In this document: in pieces, positions 13,988 to 28,028 of the stretch | Numbering within the stretch: the stretch's first letter is position 1 | How the letters are laid out: every line of letters starts with the position of its first letter | Origin: Octopus vulgaris | Taxonomy: Eukaryota | Assembly (NCBI GenBank): GCA_951406725.2 | Contig: OX597820.1 | Coordinates: 21,266,001 to 21,330,000 of the forward strand | DNA: 64,000 nt | Direction: 5' to 3' | The notes under the pieces: generated by a model | Told to the model about the DNA's origin: nothing | Seen by the model: the letters and a program-made list of their open reading frames with translations, nothing else | Databases searched by the model: none | Made by a program: the position numbers and the translations under genes

Positions 13988-14270
13988 CATGGGCCCAGGA
14001 ACAGGGGGTGCAATGGATGCAAGTGCACCTCCTAAAATTTTTGGTGGCTGTTAAATCAAAATTTGCACCCCTACTTACTTTTCTCAGACGTAAAAACGGC
14101 GTAAAAAGTGATCTGTGAAAAGTAGCTTGAAGTTAGGCTTCTTCTCAAAGAACAAAAAACAAGAATAGATAAATAAATAAATAAATAAAAACAATAAGAC
14201 CTTGTTTGTAAAAAAATGTTGGACTTGGATTTGCACCCCCTTAAACAAATTTCGCTCCCGAGCCAGTGCC
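13988..14270. mobile_element. Putative hAT-type non-autonomous element
   Basis: ca(t)ggg start and cagtg end, with subterminal gggggtgcaa / ttgcaccccc inverted motifs. Confidence 0.4.
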
Positions 14271-14408
14271 TGTGTACTGCAGGTGTAAAATGTGCTGAAA
14301 CAATTGTATTGGTTTTCAGTAATGTCATTCATTCCATTTACTATCATATATCTGTCTGTCTGTCTCTTGCTCTCTCTCTCACTCTTTCTCTCTCTCTCTC
14401 TCTCTCTA

Positions 14409-14446
<38 letters not shown>

Positions 14447-14639
14447 AAAAAGGAAAAGAATGACTTCACTGGTAGTTCTAATCAATTTAATTTTTTAATA
14501 ATATAATTTTACAGTTTGGTTAGTAACTACAAACCATTCTACAGTAGGAATGCTATATTATTAAAAAAAAAAATTGATTAAAACTACCAGTGAAGTCATT
14601 CTTTTCCCTTTTCAAATATACCATAGATTTCACAAATTT

Positions 14640-14680
<41 letters not shown>

Positions 14681-15112
14681 CATAATCATCATCATCATCA
14701 TCATCATCATCCAGTGTTTTAAATCCAGGTTTTGTCCCCATTAATGGCATTGGCCAGATCTACCTCAATGCCATTGCAACCGAGGTAGGCAAGTGCAGCC
14801 CACCCCAACCTTTGGGCTGGCTGGTGCCCATTCTTCCTTGCTATCATGAGGCTTTTTTTGGAGCTGGATTTTCTATGGAAAACATGCCCTTGCTTACCCC
14901 CAACCTCAGTTTCTAGACATGAGTGATCCCAAGACCAAGGCCTTAACCATGATTTTTAAGAAATGTGGTGGAAAATTAGTTCAGGAAAGCAGGGATGCTA
15001 CTCCCTAAGACCCCTTTTGGAGTCCCACTACCTAAATACACACACACACACATATATATATATAAAGTAAAGCATTATTATATAATTATATAGTACTTAT
15101 ATATGTGTACCA

Positions 15113-15430
15113 GTGAAGGCTTGTGGCTTAGTGGTTAGGCTCACGATCATAAGGTCATGAATTCAATTCCCAGCAACACATTGCATCCTTGAACAAAACA
15201 CTTTATTTCATGTTGCTCCATTCCACTCAGCTGGCGAAAATGAGTAGTACCTGTAATTCAATGGGCCAGCCTTGTCCCATTCTGTGTATGCTGAGTCTCT
15301 CTGAGAACTATGTTAAGGTTGCATGATTCTGTGGAGCACTCAGCTACTTGCATGTTAATTTCTCGAGCGGGCCGTTCTGTTGATCTGATCAGCTGGAACC
15401 CTTACTGTTGTAACCATCAGGGTGCTAGTT
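15113..15430 (+). mobile_element. tRNA-headed SINE with CORE-like centre (family D)
   Basis: Head gtggcttagtggttagg, then ccttgaacaaaacactttatttcatgttgctcca..cactcagctggc; centre shared with 51886-52140. Confidence 0.65.
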
Positions 15431-15671
15431 TTATAATTGTACTTATTTAGGGGTCATTCTGTACATGCTGTATGAAAATTCTATGCATGCATATCTATTT
15501 TTTTTTTTTACCGAAAGTAAAACTTTTGTGGAAAGGACAAAATTTTGAAGTTACAAGAGAAAATTATTCTTCAACATTTACATTGAAAGCAAGCTAAACG
15601 GTGGCTTTTTATTATAAGAGTAAAAGAGTATACATGCAACATGTATGTATGTATGTATGTATGTATGTATG

Positions 15672-15705
<34 letters not shown>

Positions 15706-16025
15706 TGTATGTATCTGTCTATCTATCTATCTATCTATCTATGTGTCTATGTATGTCTCTACTATTTTTTAATTATTATAAATCTTCCACTGAGGAGGGA
15801 TCCAGGTTTTTAACTATGTATGTATGTGTATTCTTTTCTACGCTAGGCACAAGGCCCGAAATTTTAAGGGAGGTGGGCAGTCAATTAGATCGATTCCAGT
15901 ATGCAACTGGTACTTAATTTATCAATCCTGAAAGGATGAAAGGCAAAGTCGACCTAGGCGGAATTTGAACCCAGAATGTAAAGACAGACGAAATACACTG
16001 CTAAACATTTCACCTGGCATACTCT

Positions 16026-16407
16026 CTCTTTTTACTCTTTTACTTGTTTCAGTCACTTGACTGTGGCCATGCTGGAGCACCGCCTTTAGTCGAGCAAATC
16101 GACCCCGGGACTTATTCTTTGTAAGCCCAGTACTTATTCTATCGATCTCTTTTTGCCGAACCACTAAGTGACGGGTACGTAAACACACCAGCATCGGTTG
16201 TCAAACACACACACACACACACACAAATATATATATACATATATACGACAGGCTTCTTTCAGTTTCTGTCTACCAAATCCACTCACAAGGCAGTGGTCGG
16301 CCTGGGGCTATAGCAGAAGACACTCGCCCAAGATGCCACACAGTGGAACTGAACCCGGAACCATGTGGTTGGTTAGCAAGCTACTTACCACACAGCCACT
16401 CCTGCGC
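16026..16407 (-). mobile_element. SINE family A
   Basis: Matches 735-1146; abuts family-B SINEs on both sides. Confidence 0.85.
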
Positions 16408-16419
16408 ATGTTAATGTTT

Positions 16420-16876
16420 CTTATTTTTTTATTGAACACAAGGGCTAAACATAGAGGGGACAAACAAGGGGACAAAAAGGGATTAAGTCGATTACATCGA
16501 CCCCAGTGTGTAACTGGTACTTAATTTATCAACCCCGAAAGCATGAAAGGAAAAGTTGACTTTGGTGGAATTTGAACTCAGTATGTAATGGCAGACGAAA
16601 TACCGCTAAGCATTTCATCCAGCATGCTAACGTTTCTGTCAGCTCACAGCCTTAATATATTTCTTTATGACCCACAGGGGGCTAAACATAGAGGGGACAA
16701 ACAAGGGAATTAAGTCGATTACATCGATTTCATTGATTAACTGGTACTTGTTTAATTGACCCCGAAAGGATGAAAGGCAAAGTCAACCTCGGCGGAATTT
16801 GAACTCAGAACATAATGGCAGATGAAATACCGTTAGACATTTCACCCAGCATGCTAATGTTTCTGCCAGCTCACCG
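16420..16876 (-). mobile_element. Two tandem family B SINEs
   Basis: Units at about 16420-16650 and 16655-16876. Confidence 0.8.
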
Positions 16877-18628
16877 TGTATGAATGTGTTTTGTATGTAT
16901 GTATGTATGTAAGCATGTATGTATGTATGTATGTATGAATGTATGTATGTATGTATGTATGTATGTATGTATGTATGCATGCATGTATGTATGTATGTAT
17001 GTATGAATGTATGTATGTATGTATGTATTTATGTATTTATGTATGTATGTATGTATGTATGTATGTATGTATGGATGGATGGATGAATGGATGTTTGTGT
17101 GTATTTTTTTTTCTTTTACTTGTTTCAGTCATTTGACTGCAGCCATGCTGGAGCATCACCATATGTGTATAAGTTCCTTCAGGTTCCTACTCTCGTGTCC
17201 CTTTGTTATTTCATCTGCAGTGTTTTTGTTTATTCATTTGGGTTTAAAGCTTTAAATATTATTATCAGGTGTTTTGTTTGTTATTCGCATAATTTTTCAG
17301 GCATTGCATTACAAAATTACATGGAAAAAAATACACGCATAAATAAATAACTGCATAGATAAATATATATCACAAGGGGACAGATTATCAATGGGCAGGT
17401 TGTAAAATGTGTGCGAAATGCTTTGAAATATCATTAAGAATTGAACTCAGATTTTGGTGTTTATATAAATGGCTTGGGTGTAATAGTAAATGTTACAATA
17501 AAAAAAATAATAAAAATTTTTTAAATAATGAAATATAAATAAATGATAAGTATAAAAATAAATGAAAAAAATAAGCAAATTAAACAAATACTGAATGAAA
17601 TATTTTCACAAAATTTTTAAAAAATTTAGAAATTTACCTTTTTTTTAATCCGTTAGTCTTTGAAGTTTTTTTTTTTTTTTTTTTTTGGTAACAAGTAGAA
17701 TTCAATTTAAATTTGAGTGGATTAGATGAAAGAAGATATGTATGTTATTAACATGGTTTGCTCTTTCCTTGACTTGTTTGTTATTAAGGAGTAAACAAAA
17801 AATAGTGGCAAGAATTCTTTGGTTGTTAAAACTCCAAATACAGAACAGAAACCGGCACCGGCACCACCGCAAGATATTTAGTAAATATCAAGCACTTTAC
17901 ATGAAGCCATCTGTCTTTTATTAATGTTTCTTTCTATTTTATTCTTTTTATTGCCTTTATCTCATAACAAAAAAAATCATAACAAAAATCAAAACAAAAC
18001 TGCAGAGTCAGCTGAAATCCCAAATGAAACTTCGCAATGAAACTACTAAGGAAAGAAGAATATTTTCTTACAAAGTCTGGAATGGCCAGTTTTTAATTTA
18101 GAGGATAACCCAGACCAGTTCCATCCCACCCAAGAAGCAGACAATTTTTACTACTTCTCCAGACTAAGTTTCTAAGTAAACCCCATCACCACTGCTATTC
18201 ATCAACTTTGCATACTGTTTATGCTACTTCCATCCTTGTGACATGTCACAGCCACTTCCTGCCAATATAAATATACATACATACATAAATATATACATAC
18301 ACACACTCACACACATACATATATATATATGTGTATGTGTGTATGGTTTTTACTCTGCTCCCCTACAATCATCTACTTTTGTAATAAGTTCTTTTGGCAT
18401 TCTTCTTCTTCATCCTTTTCACATTATGTCTATCTTGTTTCTTTGACATGCTTTGCTTTCTTTAAACTTGATGTTTGATTCCCCTCCCCTCAACACAAAC
18501 ACTTTCTTTTACATTTTCCTTTGTCTGATATTTCCTGTTTACAGCATTGTGTGTGTATATCTTCCTGTATGTACAAGTGTATATTTTTGAGCATTCATGT
18601 GACTATGTGTGTATCTGTTTTATTTTTC

Positions 18629-18659
<31 letters not shown>

Positions 18660-18812
18660 TGGCTGTGTGGTAAGTAGCTTGCTTACCAACCACATGGTTC
18701 CGGGGTTCAGTCCCACTGTGTGATACCTTAGGCAAGTGCCTTCTACTATAGTCTTGGGCCGACCAAAGCCTTGTGAGTGAATTTGGTAGACAGAAACAGA
18801 ATGAAGCCTGTC

Positions 18813-18874
<62 letters not shown>

Positions 18875-19102
18875 GTATGAGTATGTGTGTGTATATGTTT
18901 GTGTGTCTGTGTTTGTCCCCCCAACATTGCTTGACAACCGATGCTGGTGTGTTTACATCCCCGTGACTTAGCAGTTTGGCAAAAAAGACCTATAGAATAA
19001 GTACTAGGCTTACAAAGAATAAGTCCTGAGGTCGCTTTGCTTGACTAAAGGCAGTGTTCCAGCATGGCCACAGTCAGATGACTGAAACAAGTAAAAGAGA
19101 GT
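18660..19102 (+). mobile_element. SINE family A
   Basis: Matches 735-1146. Confidence 0.85.
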
Positions 19103-20107
19103 ATATCTTGTCCATAGACAAACAAACAAACAACAAACATAACAGAAAACAATACCTCCACCTTTGCTAAGGCAGAGGTAAGAATACTGGTTTCAAATCT
19201 TGACACAAGGTCAGAAATTTCAGGGCTGGGGGATGTAAGTTGATTACATCAACCCCAGCGCTCAACTGGTACTTATTTTATCGACCCTAAAAGGATGTAA
19301 GGCAAAGTCGACCTCGGTGGAATTGGAACCTAAAACATAAAAAGGGAGGTGTAAGACCAGCAATTTTGAAGTGGTGGGGGCTAGTTGGTAGCTAATTTGC
19401 GGGGAAAGACGGTGGTTAGTAAAGTGATACTTTATTTTATTGAACCCAGGAGGATGAAAGGCAAATCTGATCTCGGCAAAATTTGAACTCAGAACAATAA
19501 TGGCAACACATAACTTTTCATACCCATTTGCAAATGTCATGTCAATAAATAGTGTTTGGACATCACTAGATTCCTGTGAGAGACATAAAGTCTAGCAGAA
19601 CTGTATTATGATAGTCTCACTCCTCATCCCCTGACATTTTCTCCCAGAGCAAGAAAGAAAAAAGTTCACATACTTATGCCTTGCCAAAATGAGACAGGGT
19701 GTAGTTCTGCCTTCTAGAAAAGAAACAGATATTAGCTTATGTAAGGGTTAGTATTTTTCTGCTGAAGGAGGTAAAACATATGGTACTATCTGCCTGCTTG
19801 TGAAGGTTAGGAGATAGGTTGAAGTTTTAAGATCTACACCCATGCTTAGAATTTTATCACTGTACATGAGTCAGCTCAGCACTGGGTTGGCAGTGAAAGA
19901 CATAGCCAGTGACATTAACTTGTGGTGTTTTGTTGATTTTGTGGTACAACATGGGTGGTTGTGAGAGCCAACGTGACAAAGAATAACATGTGCTAGAGAG
20001 AGGCCAGTATGACACCCCAAAACCACACATCCAGTGCAGAATTGTGACAAGCAGATACAGAAATATAAGCAGTGAGACTTATGGAGTTGAATGGAAAGTC
20101 TAGATGA

Positions 20108-20269
20108 GTAGGAGTGGCTGTGTGGTAAGTAGCTTGCTTACGAACCACATGGTTCCGTGTTCAGTCCCACTGTGTAGCACCTTGGACAAGTGTCTTCTAC
20201 TATAGCCTCAGGCCAACCAAAGCCTTGTGAGTGGATTTGGTAGACAGAAACTGAAAGAAGCCCGTCTTA

Positions 20270-20327
<58 letters not shown>

Positions 20328-20555
20328 TGCGTGTGTGTATATGTTTGTGTGTCTGTGTTTGTCCCCCCCAACATCGCTTGACAACTGATGCTGGTGTGTT
20401 TATGTCCCCATAACTTAGCAGTTCGGCAAAAGAGACTGATAGAATAAGTACTAGGCTTACAAAGAATCAGTCCTGGGGTCGATGTACTTGACTAAAGGCA
20501 GTGCTCCAGCTTGGCCACAGTCAAATGACTGAAACAAGTAAAAGAGTAAAGAGAG
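20108..20555 (+). mobile_element. SINE family A
   Basis: Matches 735-1146. Confidence 0.85.
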
Positions 20556-21202
20556 TTAGAGTATGTCAAACTTGTGGCAGTAAAAGCAAGCAGGAGTCTT
20601 TCTTTTCTGAAGATTAAAAGAAAGGAGACAATAACATCAGCAGGACCCAGAGGCTGCCTTTCCAGCAGCATCATTAGTTGAAGCCTTGGAATTCTTTTGA
20701 CAACCGTTGTTGGTTTGTTTATATCCCTATAACTTAGCAGTTCAACAAAAAAAAAATGACAATTACAATAAGTACCTGACATAGGAAAGGAATAAATGCT
20801 AGGGCCAATGTGTTTGAATAAACCCTTCAAGGTGGTGCTCCAGCATGGCCACAGTCCAACGACTGAAGCATATAAAGGATAAAAGATCTATGATTATGTC
20901 CCAATGTGTAAAATATTTTCCTGACTTTAGAGCTTGACTTGAAACAGAGTTAATGGCTACTTCTAGTAGATCATGGTGACCATATAGAGGGCCTCTTGCT
21001 ATCTCCTTACTCAAGATGTTGTCCAGCTCCAATTTCATTTCTGCCTTGACCATCCCATCAGTTTTAAGATATAATATCTTGTGTGACATATATTACTCAA
21101 TAAATTATTTTTGTATCTTAAATAATGGTTATAGTGTGACGTTAGGGAGATCTGGCTGCTATTTCTAGCAGGTTGAGAGATCACAGAAGAGTCTCCCATT
21201 TA

Positions 21203-21985
21203 CAGTAAACCCTCACAATATCGTGGTTCACCTATCACTGTTCACCTATTCTGGTTTATTATTTAAGCTTACATCGATTCCTCCATGGTGTTGTTTTGCA
21301 TTTATAATAAGATAAATATGATGGTGAGTCAAAAAGTAATGACATTTTGCTTCGGAGGGGTATAATTACCAACACAGGAACATGTATCATACATCAAAAT
21401 GAAGCTGGTCCTCTGTGGATCCCATCCCTACTTCTCAACATAGTCACTGTTTCTCTCAATAGCAATGTTCCACCTTTGAATGAGAGCATATATCTCTGCC
21501 CCGTAAAATTCTGTTGACTGTTTTTGAGCCACTTCTTTGTCACTGGAATAATTTAGTGCCTTCAGATTATCATTTCTTCAGCCCCATGAAAGAGGGTTTG
21601 AGAGGCAAACATTATTCCAGTGATGAGAAAGTGAAAACTGTAGTGAAGAAGTGTCTCAAAGAACAATCAACAGAATTTTACAGGGCAAGGATACATGCTC
21701 TCATTTGAAGGTGGAACATTGCTATTGAGAGAAATGGTAACAATGTTGAGAAGTAGGATGGATGAGGATCCACTTATTTGACCATGTATGATAAATGTTC
21801 CTGTTTGGTAATTATACCTGTCCTAAACAAAATGGCATTACTTTTTGACTCACCCCCATATATACAAATTATAAAAATAATAAAAAATATACAGTACAGT
21901 ACTGTTTCTACTTTGCAGATTTTTACCTATCATGGTAGGCGGGGGCCTTTGGAATGTAATACCTGTGATAATTGAGGGATTACTG
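21203..21985. mobile_element. TA-target MITE interrupted by the foldback element
   Basis: Termini cagtaaaccctc / gagggattactg with TA flanks; same family as 3196-3812 in the opposite orientation. Confidence 0.7.
21319..21858. mobile_element. Mariner-derived foldback element
   Basis: Long inverted arms; contains the transposase C-terminus PSDYHFFSPMKEGLRGKHYSSDEKVKT; TA flanks. Confidence 0.85.
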
Positions 21986-22068
21986 TAGTTTCAATGATAA
22001 ATTGACTGAAACCATGAATGCAGGATTCCATGACATTCTTGCATTCTTCCACTTACATTTTTTTCTCC

Positions 22069-22131
<63 letters not shown>

Positions 22132-23098
22132 GTAAATGCATTTTCTCATCTCCCTTCTCTTTCTAACTCTCTTTTTCTCTCTCTCTCATTTTCTTATTAT
22201 CTATTGTATGACCATTATCTTTATCTCCATTTAACATCCTCTTTCCATGTTGAAATGGGTTGGATGGCTTGACAGGATCTGGCAAGGCCAGGGCCTACAC
22301 TAAGTTCCATGGTCCATTTTCGCTTGGTTCTTACAGCTTGATGGCCTTCCTAATGCCAACCACTTTACAGAGTATACTCTGTGCATTTCACATGACACCA
22401 TCACCAGGCACCATTACCAATGCTTTTTATTTGGCACTGTATGTGATACACATTTCTTTTCCACAAAAAATTGTCTCAAAAAATGTTTCAAAGCATTCAC
22501 CCCAGGTCCTACCTGTGACGTTGGTTCTTCCATAAAATATAATGCACTAATAATTGTTTTTCATGGTACATCTTCAGTTTCCTTCTCCTTACACTTCTTC
22601 TGTGTTGCTCTTTTTCTTCTCCCTATTCTCCTCTCTCTCTCTCTCTCTCTTTTTCTCTCTCCCTCTCTCTTGCACACACACACACACACACACATGCATT
22701 AACTACCATTTTCCCATGTTCGCTCTGCTTGTCTGCTCCTCTTCATCTGGGGCTGTGCAGTGCAGGCAAGGCTGTGAGGCATAGACATGGTTGTGTGGTT
22801 AAGAAGTTAGCTTTTTAATTCTGTGGCTTCAGGTTCACTATCACTGCATAACACTTTGTGCAAGTGTCTTCTGCTATAGTTGCAGACAGACCAATGCATT
22901 GTGAGTGAATTTTGTAGGTGAAAACTGAAAGAAGCCTATGGTGTGTGTGTGTGCACACATACACACATGCACACATACACATATATGTGTGTGTATGTGT
23001 GTGTACATATATATGTACATATATAAACATGCATACATACACACACACACACACACATACACACACACAAACATATATATATATATATATACATACAC

Positions 23099-23132
<34 letters not shown>

Positions 23133-23380
23133 ATCGTTTAATGTTCGCTTTCCCTGCTTGCATGGGTTGGACGATTTGACTGAGGACTAGTGAACCAGAT
23201 GGCTGCACCAGGCTCCAATCTTGATCTGGCAGAGTTTCTACAGTGGTTGGCATTAGGAAGGGCATCCAGCTGTAGAAACTCTGCCAGATCAAGATTGGGG
23301 CCTGGTGCAGCCATCTGGTTCGCCAGTCCTCAGTCAAATCGTCCAACCCATGCTAGCATGAAAAGCGGATGTTAAACGAT
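23133..23380. mobile_element. Inverted pair of RTE 3' tails
   Basis: 23133-23243 is the reverse complement of 23270-23380, with a 26-nt loop. Confidence 0.8.
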
Positions 23381-23396
23381 GATGATGATGAGGATG

Positions 23397-23433
<37 letters not shown>

Positions 23434-24247
23434 TATATATGGTGCCACCTACATTCTGTGTCATCACTATTTATTTCTTTACTTCTGCCGATCATTCTCA
23501 CCCACTCTTCTAAATGTGGTGAGCCATGTAGCTTCTTTACAACGAAGCCTCTTCTCTCGTACTTTAAACCCCTCATCTCCTGGCATAGAGCTGACTCCCC
23601 AAACCTTGGGGTTTGTAGTCTTATGAGCTGCATAGCAACCTCACTGCACCCACTACATGCTGTAAAATGGTTGGCATTAAGAAGAGCATCCATCTGTAGA
23701 GACCATATCAAAGCAGACATGAGAACACAAATGGAGTCCTTGAACCCATGGGATCCTGTCAAACTATCTAACTCATGCTAGATGCTAGCGTGGGACATGG
23801 ACTTTTACATGATGATATATACATACATACATATATATATGTGTGTGTGTGTATATGATATTAGGGAATATTATTCCAAACTTACAGGGAAAAATTCAAT
23901 TTAGTAATACTAAATCAAATTTCACACTATATAATATATGTATATAAATTAGAGAAGAACCACATTACCTGTACAGGTGCAACAGGTGCCCCAAGTCAGA
24001 TGACGAAATGATTGCAGAACAATGTGAAATGAAGTGCTTTGCTCAAGAATACAATGCAACATCCGTGATCTCACAATCATGGGTGCAACACCTTCACCAC
24101 TGAGCCATGTACCTTCACATACACACACACACACACATATATATATGTATACATACACATGCACACACAAACATACAAACACATGAAGATGTAAGCATGT
24201 ATGCTGTGGGATTATGATTCATTTGTTTTTGCATTTATTATTATTTA

Positions 24248-24300
<53 letters not shown>

Positions 24301-24912
24301 CTGTCTTCATTATCATCACCATCATCGACATTTTCATTGTTATTGTTGTTGTTGTTGTTGTTATTATTATTGTTATATTATTGTTAATATTGTTATTATT
24401 ATTATTACTGTCTACATTGTTATCATCATCTTTGACATTGTCATTATTATTGTTGTTGTTGTTGTTGTTATTGTTATTATTGTCATCATTGCTATCATCA
24501 TCATCATCATCATAATCATCATCATCATCATCATTGTCATTATTGTTGTTAAATTCTCAGGCAGATAAGATTTCTCGAAAACAAGCAAACATCCAGTGGC
24601 GAAAAAATAAACACATTTTGTGACAAGAAAACAAAAAGAAATTACAAACGCGATGCAATTGCGTTGCTCATAGTCAGACGCAATTACTTGTAGTCCTTTA
24701 ACTTCTCTCAGGCTAAGTTAGGAAAATAAACACTAACACATGTGAAGATTTATTAGTATTATTACGAAAGTATATTAGAGTAAATAATAACGTTGGGTTT
24801 TTTTTTTTATATAAGCTCAAGTTTACATGATAATGTAACAAACTGGGTAGAAGGATAAGGAAAACAAACGCTAAATGTTAAAGAACACACGCATACAAAA
24901 ATTAACACGCAC

Positions 24913-25008
24913 TTGATAAAATTGTACAGGGTGCAAGTTTGTGTATGGTGAGGGGTGTGTTTGGTGTTGTTGACAAATACATGCAATGCTGCAAATTACT
25001 GTTAAGTA
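24913..25008 (-). CDS. Candidate exon
   Basis: Acceptor ctgttattctcAG and donor GTgcgt; 96 nt reading LNSNLQHCMYLSTTPNTPLTIHKLAPCTILS, phase 1 to 1. Confidence 0.25.
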
Positions 25009-25425
25009 CTGAGAATAACAGTGATAATAATAATAATAATAATAATAATAATAGTAAAGTAGTGTCTGTCTGAGGTCCTTGTTGTGATTTGACAAACAGC
25101 ACAAACCCCCATCTCGGTAGACACAATATTTTCAATCAACAACCTCATGATATTGTATACTGTACAATGTCTACCATAATAATAATAATAATAATAATAA
25201 TAATCCAGCCGTAGAAACATTGCCAGATCAGACTGGGCCTTGTGCAGCCTTCTGGCTTCCCAGACCCCAGTTGAACCGTCCAACCCATGCTAGCATGGAA
25301 AGCAGACGCTAAATGATGATGATGATGATGAATAATGATAATAAGAATGGCCTGCACTGCTATCTCACTCAATAATGATAATAATAATAATAATAACAAT
25401 AATAATAATAATAATGATAATAATA

Positions 25426-25990
25426 AAAATCAAAACCACTGACAAATGGTATAAACACCATCCTGAAGCTGTGACTAAGGGAGAAAATGTGTTGATTCTC
25501 TGGGACTTCCCTGTACATATCGATAAAACTATAAAAGCTAATAAACCAGATATTATTATAAAAGATCAGACAAAAAAGGTGTGTTTATTAATTGACATGA
25601 GTATTCCTTGTGATCACAATATAGTGGCGAAAGAATTTGACAAGATCAGTAAATATAAAGATTTGCTAATAGAAATTGAAAAAAATGTGGTATCTCAAGG
25701 CGACTACAGTACCAGTGATTGTAGGATCTCTAGGAATGATAAAAAAAGGTACTGAAACCTATTTGAAAATGATACCAGGCTTACCATCCCTATTATCACT
25801 GTGAAAACAACATCCATTCATGAATTTATTTATTTATTAATTTTTAAATACATATTTTACCTGTGAATTTGCATGTGTAATCTGGGAAGGCATACAATGA
25901 GCTTCTCTGTGTTAGGTGTATGGAAAACACTTGGCAAGAAATGGAAGAAAATTTGAAGAAAGAAGGAAAAAAAATTATAATAATAATCAT
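25426..25990 (+). mobile_element. R4/Dong-like LINE 3' fragment (restriction-like endonuclease)
   Basis: KWYKHHPEAV..ILWDFPVHIDKTIKANKPDIIIKD..LLIDMSIPCD..KISKYKDL (PD-D/ExK motif); flanked by (TAA)n. Confidence 0.85.
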
Positions 25991-27382
25991 AGGCTAAAAG
26001 GTATTGGAATTGAGATATATTGTCAACCTACCAGAGAGGGTCAGCATTTAAATAATAATGGTTCTATCCTGAAATTTGTGAGAGGGTATTAGGTAAGAGC
26101 AGTTGTTTTTAATTCAAAGACCTGAATTGTAGGGGGAACAGTATATACTTTAAAATTATAAAGGAAAGAAGATATTTAGGGTTTCCACCTAAACCCTGGG
26201 TGAGAAACCACTGGTTAGGTTAGATTAAGGTACCCCATGTCTTTACCCATTCACCCATGCTTGTATTGCAGCCTTATGCATCCAAAAGAGCTCTTTTAGG
26301 TTATATGAGTAGGTTGGTTAGGGATGAAAAGAAAAAAACCCACATCTTTGTGTTATGCTGTTTAAGTTCATTATAATATCTTTTTTTAATTTTTTACCAA
26401 CATAAGGCAGCAAGCTGGTAGCAGAATTATTAGCATGCCAGACACAAAGCTTAGACGCATTTCTTCTAGCTTTACAAATTCCATTGATGTCATCTATGCC
26501 TTTCATCCTTTCGGGGCTGATAATAGTAGCGCTGTGTTTAATGTAACCTTCTTGCTCCCGTCGCCAAAATTTATGATCTTTTGCCTAATGCAGAAAGAGA
26601 TATTTCTTGTCAACATAAGACAACAAGCTGGAAGAATTGTTATTGCATCAAACAAAATGTCTGGTGACATTTGTTTTTACCCACTTACATTCTGAGTTCA
26701 AATTCAGCTGAGGTCGTCTTTGCCTTTTATCCTTTCAGGATTGATAAAATAATTGCCAGTTGAGCACTGGGGACAAGGCACTTAACTAAAGCCCTTTCCC
26801 TAAAATTTCTGGCTTTGTGCCAAAGTTAGAAGGAATTATACTTTTACCAACATTGTCACTCTCAAGTGTCTCCCATAATCCTGTATCAAATACTTCATGT
26901 TACTCAGCATACCCCCATACTACCCTCTGGTATTACAAGTGTATAATTCTACATATCAGATCATGGTTTTGGTCTATGAGAGAAAGGCAAATTTTAATGC
27001 ATCATTCTCCTTATCATCATAGTTGTTGTTATTTTGAGCAGGGTGCTCCTCTTCAACCTCCTTGTTGTTCTCTGTTAGTGTTCATCCTTCATTTTTTTTA
27101 ATAGGGAGGACTTCATCATCATCATTGTTATTATTGCTGTGATCATCATTCTCGTTTTCATTGTCGTTATGGTCATCCTTTTCATTGTCATCGTCATCAC
27201 TGTCATTGTCATTGTCCTTGTCATCGTTATCATTGGCATTAACAGCAGCAGTGTTTGTTATCTGCTTTTCTATGGTGACATGGATTGGACAGGTTTTGTC
27301 TTTTACTGAGTGTTTTAAGGTTAGTTGCTTTTTTGCCACCAATCCCATTAAATGTTTATTCTAAAACTGGGACATAAATGGT

Positions 27383-27905
27383 ATCATTATTATTATTATC
27401 ATCATCATTGTCATCATCATCATCACCATCACCATTATCATATTCATCATCACCATCATCACCATCATCATCACCATCACCACCACCACCACAACCATCA
27501 CCACAACCATCATCGTCATCATTATCATCATCATCACCCCCACTACCACCAGCACAACCATCACCATCATCATTGTCATCATCGCCATCACCATCATCAT
27601 TATCCCCCTCATAACCCACCACCACCACCACCACTACCATCATCATCATTTTCGTCATCATCATTACCATCATCATCATCATCACCATCACCACTGCTGC
27701 CACCACCACCACCACCACCACCACCACAAACATCATCATTATCATTGTCGCCATCATCATCATCATTGTCATCACCACCACCATCATCATTGTCGTCATC
27801 ATCATCGTCATCACCATCATCATCACCATCACCATCACCGCCACCACCACCACCACCACCATCATCATCATTGTCGTCGTCATCGTCATCATCATCAACA
27901 TCATC
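27383..27905. repeat. (CAT/CAC)n microsatellite
   Basis: Seen directly. Confidence 0.95.
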
Positions 27906-28028
27906 TGCCTTAGTAGTAACAGCTTTATATTTATTTATTTATTTCTGCTGACATTGGTGGCATACGTCTGCAACACAATAATGTTTCCAGCAGTTTCAAC
28001 CCTGTTTCATTTCATTTCCTGATCTTAC

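Noticed and set aside
27352-27951. His/Pro/Ser-rich 199-aa ORF resembling a structural protein
   Set aside because: It is open in several frames on both strands and consists of degenerate (CAT/CAC)n repeat.
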